Shown piece after piece: positions 55,937 to 64,000 of a stretch of DNA of 64,000 nucleotides. Position numbers and translations under genes: made by a program. Below the pieces are notes generated by a model that saw nothing but the letters and a program-made list of their open reading frames with translations, made no database searches and had not been told where the DNA came from. Positions within the stretch are counted from its first letter, which is position 1. Each line of letters begins with the position of its first letter. Source of the stretch: Antedon mediterranea (lineage: Eukaryota; Animalia; Echinodermata); NCBI RefSeq assembly GCF_964355755.1, contig NC_092680.1, forward strand, positions 4,712,001 through 4,776,000, written 5' to 3'.

Positions 55937-56104
55937 CGCTGATCTCACTTGGATGCAACGCAACAACGTACTGTAAACGCAACAAAAGTGAGTTGACCAA
56001 TCACAAGCGACAGTTTGAAAGGGTCCATCATGTTGTGATTGGTCAATAAATTACAGTTCGGTTTATTGTATGTCCTTGTATTGTATCGAAGTGGAAACTA
56101 AGCT
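55937..56104. mobile_element. MITE family B copy, CpG-decayed
   Basis: Homologous to 27822-28000; CTGTA insertion at 55971. Confidence 0.72.
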
Positions 56105-57949
56105 TTAGTGAAAACGGGCATTTTTTTTTTGTTCAGCAATGTGTCCAATTGGAATGTTTGCTAGGCTATAATACCAAGAAGCATCCTAAAGATATGATTC
56201 GTAATTTTCTCTGCAGTTTATAATCTTGCTATTGTATCAGCATTGTCCACTAATACGCCGTTTAATTCCATAATGAACACAGCCTTATTGGTCAGATTGA
56301 TACAGCCACAGAATAAATCATTACCTATTGCTGTAAATGTATTATCAGTGGATTGGTATAATCCAATTGTGATTTGTTAATCCTATTTTAAATCCTGTAA
56401 GCCATGATCTTATCTCATTTCTCATCTTAAATTTCATAAACTGTAGGAATATCATGTGTGACTAATGACAATACTTGTACTTTAAAACAGATAAATCCAT
56501 AGTATATTGTGAATGTGAATACTGTGAATGTTTGCATGCAACATTAGAGAAAAAATGAAAAGCTTTTGCTGATATTCCATGAATTGCTGTACGCAATTAA
56601 TTGTGCAAGTTTGATATGCAAACCATCTTCAATGTTGAAACGCAGTCGTGCGATTCATTATGTTCAGATGCTGCTATGTATGCAATCAGGCAATTCGTTA
56701 GAGGTAGTGATTGCGTGTACGATAAACACTGAGTTAGATCACCATTAACGCTATGAATCTACATTGTTGTAGTAACGCGCCCCATTTAGTCGTATTGTAA
56801 ACACATTAATACTTAAACATTAACACATCAATTTCACTACTCAAGCGAGAATTAACTATAAACAAAACTTTCCTTCAACTTCTGTTGTTGAACTAAATTT
56901 GTTTTTGTATTTTACTTGCCACTTGTTTGAAACATCTTCATAAGAGTAGTTTTACTCAAATAATAAATTATGAAACCATCATGATATGCATTATTATGAA
57001 ATTCTCAAAGTTTTCAGTTTAATATTATTATTCTTTAGCCTGATCATTGGACATTTAACATCAAAATAAAAAAATAGGATTTTCCCTTAAGACATATAAA
57101 TTTGATTTGGTTTGATTCTGGACTTTACTAAGTGCACAGCAATAGTTTTAGCTGTTATGATTTTCCTAAGAGACTACAGTATGTATACAGTACCAAACTA
57201 CTGACATAAAGTTTGTCCTAGATCTGTTTATTCAAGAAAATATGAATGACTGGTAATTTCAAATTAACCTACCAATATTTTGTAGCTTGCTTTTTTTTTC
57301 TATACATTTTAAAAATCTAATTTTTATCTAACCATTTTGTGCTGCTCTGTGATATTTAATTGACCATTTCATTGAATCACCTTTCTGCTGTCCAAAAATA
57401 TGATCCAGTCTATTTCGTGCCTATAGCTGCTTACCAGGATAAACCGACAAATGCCTTATTTCTCCTCGAATAGCAAGATACTGTATACTTGAAAAGTAGA
57501 AAATTCATTGAACACGACCCCTCTCCCTAAATGGTACAGTCCACAAACCTCAAGTGGAAGCATCCCCAAATATCACGATCATCATAAATACACCAAAAGC
57601 AAATTTGTATCATAATTTAGTATCACAGTTTTTTGTTTTTTTTTTTGTATTTTTCTTTTAAGTTAGAAACCAGGATTTGAGCCTGAAGTGAAACTGACAA
57701 TAGCCTTTAATTAAGCATGGAGTTATTTTTTACCTCCATGCTTGAAGTTGACTGTTCAGAAACTACTCAGGCTATTGTGTTTAGGTTTAACTATCTGTAT
57801 GTACTATTGTTCAGTTCAATTTATTTGCCCTATGAACTTCACATTCTAAAGTTGATACTTTTGGAATTTATACAATGACTGCAATCATGAATAAAAGAAA
57901 TTTATATTATAAAAATACTTCCAAGGATACGATGCATATAAACCTACAG

Positions 57950-58122
57950 AGTCTATATCGTGCCTAGCTTACCTGTATAAACCGACAATAGCCCGTGCTC
58001 TCCAGAGGGAGGGCTTAGATACGAAAGTGAAAAGTTCCTAGAACACCCCTGCATTATAATGGACCCGTCCGCAACCACGCCCTCATGTGGGAACGTACCA
58101 ACGTACCACCGTCATCATTTTC
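57950..58122 (+). repeat. DIRS left inverted terminal repeat with 14-nt lE extension
   Basis: 57964-58122 is the exact reverse complement of 62889-63047. The outer agtctatatcgtgc is unique to the left end and is matched by the ICR. Confidence 0.93.
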
Positions 58123-58536
58123 TTTCGTAACGTGAGAGCGTTACGTCGTATGATACCAAGTGTTAGGATTGTACACTGTACATACTATACAAAGAGTTCT
58201 ATTACGCTGATTACTAGTTGACTTGGCCAGGATATTGAGTGTATTCCCACGGCCTGTTGCAGTACCAGCAGTTGATATTGTTCATATATCGTTGATCCGT
58301 TTTAAGTCGGGGTCTTCCTTAGATATAAGGAAGATTAAAAAGGAGAAAACAACACCCACTTCGTTGGATTTTAGGCCGGAACGGCCACGCTACCGGAAGA
58401 CAAAGGGAAAGCAATTTGCATTGCCACCTGGACTGCCTCAGCTGAGGCGTGGACGCACTGTTGCGTGAAACAACAACAAAGCCGTCGTCAGGTTGTATTG
58501 TTCTTTATCTTGCTAGGTTGCGTTCTGTGCCCGGAT

Positions 58537-59829
58537 ATGCCTAAGTCTGAATGTTGGCAATGCAGGGGCCAGCGTGCGACAGTCAAGTGGGACCGCCACT
58601 TGCTGTGCATTCACTGCCGCACCTGCAGCCAGGACCGCGCGCTTGCAACGGCCGCTGCGCCTCCACCGCAGAGTGGTACGCAGGACGATGGTTTGTTCCC
58701 ACCCGTACTGGAGGCCATCGCAGCAGCGGTGCGAGCTCTACCGAGGGAGGTTGTGCCCTCGGCATCCTCGCTTAATTATCCTCCTGTGCCAGTTCTGCCT
58801 CCGCAGTACTTTCAAGGTCGAGGGACGCACCCATCGCCGGATGTCGGTGGGTACGACGGTGACAGGACCATGACCTCGCTGCCTAGTGAGGATCGCTCCG
58901 AGGTTGCACAGGGTGGAGACGGTTTGCAGGCTCTTGTCAATCGTGTGGTTCCTGCTGTACTTTCGTACATTTGAGTAGAGTACGCCTATGACGCGCCGAC
59001 GCCCGCGCCGGCTGCGAAGAGGTACTCTACCTTTGGAGTGCGTGCTCCATTGAAGCGGGTCACGACTTGTCCAGTTGCGCCGCTGGATCCCGAACTTGTC
59101 GCTAGGGTAGAGGCTATAGCGAAGGAGCCTAAAACCCGTAGAGCTGCATCTCAAGATCTCGCAGCAGCCTTCCCGCTTCCGCAGGACCAGTTTTCAACGC
59201 TATATATCGGCACCACCGATCCCGGATGCAGCGAGAGAAGCGTGCGCGCGAGGATCAAGGTCTCGACGCCAACGGCAGATTTCTGTCTCCTTCGGCCGCC
59301 AGAACTGAGGAGGCGCTAATCGCGGTCGACCGTGGCGCACGCGAGACGTTACGAACGGTCTCGATGTCGGGCTACCTTCTGTCATTCCTCGCGGATCCGG
59401 ACCATCCACGGCACCTTGACGCGGACGTGATCTGCTTGCTTCAGCAGTTTACGGGCCTGGTCGCGGACCAACAAGTGACAATTTCAATGACCTCGGCCGC
59501 CGTGCGGAGGGTCAATTGACCGCATCACAACTAGCGAGTCGTTCGGTGCTGTGGATCTCTTCTACGGTAATTTCGCCGAGAAGAAAAATAAGTGGGCTCG
59601 CGAGCGAGAGGCACGTCGCGAGACGAGATCACGCAAAACGCCTCCAGCCCCACTGCCGGTGGTGCCATCGATCTCACAACCGCCGCCGTCGGTCCGTAAT
59701 CAGTCTGAGGTTGGGCAGACTCCTGGGCCGTCGCGACCCCGTAATTCCCGCCCCGCGCGTGGCGGTAAGCCGGGTAGGGGAGCACGTCGGGACCGCGGTT
59801 CGCGACGTGGTGACCGCAGGTGCCGGTAA
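58537..59829 (+). pseudogene. DIRS ORF1 (gag-like), disrupted
   Basis: Starts MPKSECWQC...DRHLLCIHCRTCS (Cys/His knuckle). In-frame stop at 58972, frameshifts near 59220 and 59520, Arg/Gly-rich C-terminus overlapping the ORF2 start. Confidence 0.7.
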
Positions 59830-61850
59830 CGTGCAGGCGAGGTCCGTGCCGTCCGGGGCCGGACCAGTGGGAGGTCGTCTCCTACGGTTCGTCCGAGAGT
59901 GGGAGTAGCTGATGGTAGACAGCTGGATTCTCTCCACACTTAGCTACGGCTACCGCATAGAATTTACGAGCCCTCCAGTGTGTGGAGGTCCTCGTCCGAC
60001 CACAATCCCCAAAGATCCAATAAAGCAACGAGTGCTTATGGACGGGATTGCCGCGCTGCTCCAAAGAGGAGCCGTAGTAAGGGTCGAAGAACATCATGCG
60101 GGCTCGGGCCACGAATCAACCGTATTCTTAACCAAGAAGTCCTCGGGGGACTGGCGACCAATTATAAATCTAAGACGTCTGAACAAACGATTTATTCGGC
60201 CCCGCAGGTTTCGGATGGAGACAGTCTCATCGATCCTGTTAGGGCTAAGACGAGGAGACTGGGCCGCATCGACAGATTTAAAAGATGTGTACTTTCACGT
60301 ACCAATCGCAAAAGAAGACCAACGTTGGTTGCGGTTTCGAATCAACAATTGTCTTCACCAGTTCGTCGCGATGTCGTTCGGCCTATCAACGGCTCCGCGC
60401 GTGTTCACGCGCACAGTTCGAGCGCTCGGTGCGTTCTTTCACAAGCACGGCATTCGCATATTCATGTATCTAGACGACTGGTTAATCGTGGCTCAGTCCA
60501 AGGACCGGCTGGTGAGCAGTCTCAATTGCGTCCTTCTCGTAACGGAACGCGTAGGGTTCATAGTGAACCGGGAAAAGTCGTGCCTGGCGCCGACTCAGCA
60601 TCCCATGTATCTCGGAGCGCAGATAGATCTCGTGTCGGGCAGAGTGTGCCCCTCACAGAAACGAGTAACCTAAGCCCTTGCTGCTATACAAGGCCTGATT
60701 ACCGCTTCCGCTCCGACAGCATACGACTGGCTGAGAACGCTAGGTTTCCTAGCCAGCTTTGTAGTTCTAGTTCCGTTTTGTCGGCTACGGATGCAGCCGC
60801 TGTAGTTCATCTGTTAGCCTTCTACCGGCCAGGTTCAGACTCATTAGACAAGTGGTCCCGATGTCGGCGTTCATTGTAACGCACCTCCAATGGTGGCTAA
60901 CGGACGGCCGATTGTTAGTGGGCAGATCAATTCAGAGATCAATTCCGGACACCCGAATAGAAACGAACGCGTCCGAAGCGGGTTGGGGCGGTTGCTCCAA
61001 CCAGAGTCACGTCTCCGGCGTTTGGAGTGCCGAGGAGGCGTTAGCCCACATCAATCTCTTAGAACTTTGGGCAGTAGACCGAACGTTGAAAGCGCTACTT
61101 CCAAACATGAAAAATTCACACGTCCATGTCTGCTCGGACAACACAACCGTGGTCGCGTACATCAACCGACAAGGAGGCACGGAGTCTCCGACTCTTTGCT
61201 ACCACACATGGACGCTCATGCACTGGTGCATCGCGCACAGAATAACGCTGACTGCATCGCATATTCCGGGCAGCCAGAATGAGTCGCGGACACGCTGTCC
61301 CGACTCGCTTTACGCCCGACCGAATGGCGTCTGTTGCCGAGCATAGCCACTCAAATATTCGACCACTTCGGACGGCCGCACATAGATAGACCTGTTTGCG
61401 ACGTCAGAGAACACGCAGCTCCCGACATTCTGCAGTCGATTCCGGGATGCACGTGCGTGGGCGGTGGATGCCCTGTCCATGTCATGGGACGGTTTATGGG
61501 CGTACGCGTTCCCGCCGATATCGATCATACCAATAGTTCTGACTCACATTCAGCGCTTCCGATGCCGAGTTCTGTTGATCGCACCGTTCTGGCCTCGTCA
61601 AGCGTGGTATCCGCTTCTTGCCAGTCTTCTTTACGATCACCCGCTGCGTCTTCCGGTCCGCGCGGATCTACTGACGCAAAATCGTGCGAGGTTCTCGACG
61701 ATCAACCTACAATCCCTGAACCTGACTGTTTGGCCATGTTCAGGGATCAGCTCAGAGACTCGGGCATATCATCTGGAAGAGAGTCGACTCTCACTGTCTA
61801 CAACAGCCGTCTACGACACTTCTTTCGCTGGTGCGGACAAGATAACATAG
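59830..61850 (+). pseudogene. DIRS ORF2: reverse transcriptase, RNase H and Dam-like N6-adenine methyltransferase domain, disrupted
   Basis: RT: PVGGRL..F...W, WRPIINLRRLN, DLKDVYFHVPI, FGLSTAPRVF, YLDDWL. RNase H: HINLLEL, SDNTTVVAYINRQGGT. MT: IDLFA (4-bp ATAG duplication at ~61382) and YAFPP. Stops at 59906, 60671 and ~60802, plus frameshifts. Confidence 0.92.
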
Positions 61851-62682
61851 ACCATAAGGCGATATCCTTGGGTCAGATCTGCGCTTTTCTGCATTACCTG
61901 TACGAATCAGGCTTGCAAGTGCGCACGGTGTCAGGCTACCGGTCAGCGATTGCGGCCATTACGCCGCCATTCAAGGATGGCTCGACGGTTTTCAACTTCC
62001 GCAGTAATCACGCAGTTGTTACGCGGTATGTTCAGAGAGCGACCTCCGTCTAAGGTCTTAGTTCCACGTTGGGACGTTAACGTCATTCTATCCGCACTCA
62101 CTCGCCCGCCATTTGAGCCAATGAGCAAGGCTTCATTATATAATCTCTCGCTTAAGACAGCGTTTCTGGTGGCGTTGTCCTCATGTAAACGCTGAGGCGA
62201 GCTACATGCGCTCACGCTAGAGCCAGGCCATATACGATTTGAGCGTGGTGGAGTCCGGTTATTATTCAGGAAGGACTTTCTGGCCAAGTCCCAGACGTTA
62301 AATTTTTCGCCGGCTGTGTTCGTTCCATCAATGTCCGCATTCTCGGGGGTAGTAGAGGACACATCCTGGTGCCCGGTAAGAGCACTCAAATTCTACATCC
62401 ACCGTACAGAGACGTTGCGAGAGGGTATATCTCACTTATTCGTCACATCGGTGCCCCCGTATCGGCCGGCCGCAAAATCCACGATTGCAACTGGGTCGTG
62501 GCAGCGACTCGGGCCGCTTATGAATCGTCCAGCACTTCGCGTTGTACGCTGGCGGTTCTATATCAGACATTATGACAGCGGCATGGTGGCGGACACATTC
62601 TACGTTTACTGAGCATTATTTAAGGGACATTTCTGCAACCATGGCGCCAGTAGCAGCAGCGGTGCTAAAGCCTAGGTTATAG
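61737..62682 (+). pseudogene. DIRS ORF3 tyrosine recombinase, disrupted
   Basis: ST..VY, YRSAI, PRWDVNVIL..L..PPFEP, KTAFLVALSSCKR*GELHAL (stop at 62193), CPVRAL..Y, C-terminal AAWW..HSTFTEHYLRD. The HxxR segment is absent. Confidence 0.88.
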
Positions 62683-62757
62683 GTATGTACACCTCACTTG
62701 CTCTGCTCTTTGTTAACTTACTCCCACCGCCGACTAGTTCTAGTCCGGTGCTAATCT

Positions 62758-62856
62758 GGCTATTGTCGGTTTATACAGGTAAGCTAGGCACGATATAGAC
62801 TACACAAACCAGTAGTGGTGTTAGTAGTCTATGAGTGCTAGCTTACCTGTATAAAC
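62758..62856 (+). other. DIRS internal complementary region (ICR)
   Basis: ggctattg...gatatagact is the reverse complement of the left end, joined directly to acacaaacc...gtataaac, the reverse complement of the right end. Confidence 0.92.
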
Positions 62857-62888
62857 TCCCTCCCGCCGTCCCCGCAGTCAAGTACGCG

Positions 62889-63084
62889 GAAAATGATGAC
62901 GGTGGTACGTTGGTACGTTCCCACATGAGGGCGTGGTTGCGGACGGGTCCATTATAATGCAGGGGTGTTCTAGGAACTTTTCACTTTCGTATCTAAGCCC
63001 TCCCTCTGGAGAGCACGGGCTATTGTCGGTTTATACAGGTAAGCTAGCACTCATAGACTACTAACACCACTACTGGTTTGTGTA
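62889..63084 (-). repeat. DIRS right inverted terminal repeat with rE extension
   Basis: 62889-63047 is the inverted copy of the left ITR. The extension cactcatagactactaacaccactactggtttgtgta is matched by the second half of the ICR. Confidence 0.93.
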
Positions 63085-64000
63085 ATGTATTGTGTGGTTG
63101 GTTTTTCTTCTTTTTAAGTTTGTACAATGTAAACTGAAAACAATTTATAGAATATTTCAATTGTAATATTTTTGTTTTTCTTTCAATTTGTTCCAATTTA
63201 TCTCACCTCAAATAATTTGATTGTAAAAGCAAAAAGACGTTTCCTGAATCACTGCAAAAATTTGTTTCACTTTACAGATGTCTTGAGATGAGATTAATGC
63301 TAAACTGAAACAAGTACAGTATGCTACCAATAGGATTTGATTTGACTTAAATCTATGCGACACCTAAATTAAAAAATTAAGTGCATTCAGTACATTAAAG
63401 AAAAAAAATTGTATTTTTTTTTCCGTCAAAACCCATCCACCACTGTCAATTACAATAATTACTATGATAGCAGTTTAAACGATTTACAAAAACTAGTGCA
63501 AACTGCAAATAACCTTGCGCAAACCCCCCAAAATCCCTTCTTCAAATCACACTGATTACATTATGACTTTAGTATTACTAATTTTTGTTTAGGGTTTGAC
63601 ATTACTGTACTACAAAAAAAGTTTGGCTCTTTAAACAATTTTTGTTTTGTGAAAAAAGTTTTTTTGGGGAAATTACAGATTTCACCTGTCAAACCTAAAA
63701 AATCCCCTTCCAAACTTTTTCAAACTACTATTACACAACTTTTGACTTGACAATGCAACGTTGAATGTTTGGGTTAAGGTACTTGTTGCTTGCTTGTTGA
63801 AATTACAATGCAGTACTACACACTATGTTTATAGAAAAACAGTAATCCAATTTCCTCCCATATTTAGGTCACTGCAACTTCATGCCAGTTTAAGGGGAAA
63901 TTCCCTTATTTTTTTAGTAATTATTTACTGAAATTTTATTTTTACATGTTGCAAATCCTTTGATCCGAAGAGTTTGATAGAAATTAAAAACTCTATTCAA

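Larger units (their letters stand above)
57950..63084 (+). mobile_element. Full-length DIRS1-like tyrosine-recombinase retrotransposon (coding-defective)
   Basis: Abrupt GC/CpG-rich block with gag-like, RT-RNaseH-MT and YR remnants in DIRS order. Identical 159-bp inverted terminal repeats, an ICR complementary to both ends, and no target-site duplication. Confidence 0.95.

Noticed and set aside
59830-62682. RT + methyltransferase + integrase cluster as bacterial or phage contamination, or a retron-like system
   Set aside because: Domain order, ITRs and ICR are exactly those of known DIRS1 retrotransposons, and the flanks are contiguous host intron.

Overview
AT-rich, intron-containing genomic DNA from an invertebrate animal (echinoderm-like is only a guess). 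I assembled four spliced genes by hand from GT-AG sites and reading frames. (1) A ~1468-aa acidic protein with a C-terminal FAM167-like motif (+, 17359-29890). (2) A 231-aa stand-alone RhoGAP with an N-terminal hydrophobic anchor, whose GAP exons the ORF track missed (+, 33473-36351). (3) A 498-aa clan-2 (CYP1/CYP17-like) cytochrome P450 (-, 40356-36985). (4) A 617-aa BTB-BACK-Kelch protein (+, 42029-46501). A probable non-coding first exon near 51.1-51.25 kb opens a long CpG-poor intron holding a full-length DIRS1-type tyrosine-recombinase retrotransposon (57950-63084); its ITRs and ICR are perfect but its ORFs are broken. About 20 PIF/Harbinger-type MITEs, LINE tails and minisatellites fill the rest. 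The most striking unexplained signal is a dense set of TA-NNN-TA and TA-NNNN-TA motifs (TACAGTA/TACTGTA, TAGGC(C)TA, TACCG(G)TA). The CAG/CTG class is directly visible as 5-bp insertions into MITE copies. The spectrum fits Tc1/mariner-type excision footprints from three end types, which are partitioned between promoter-proximal DNA and an intron. All counts are by eye and no database searches were run.
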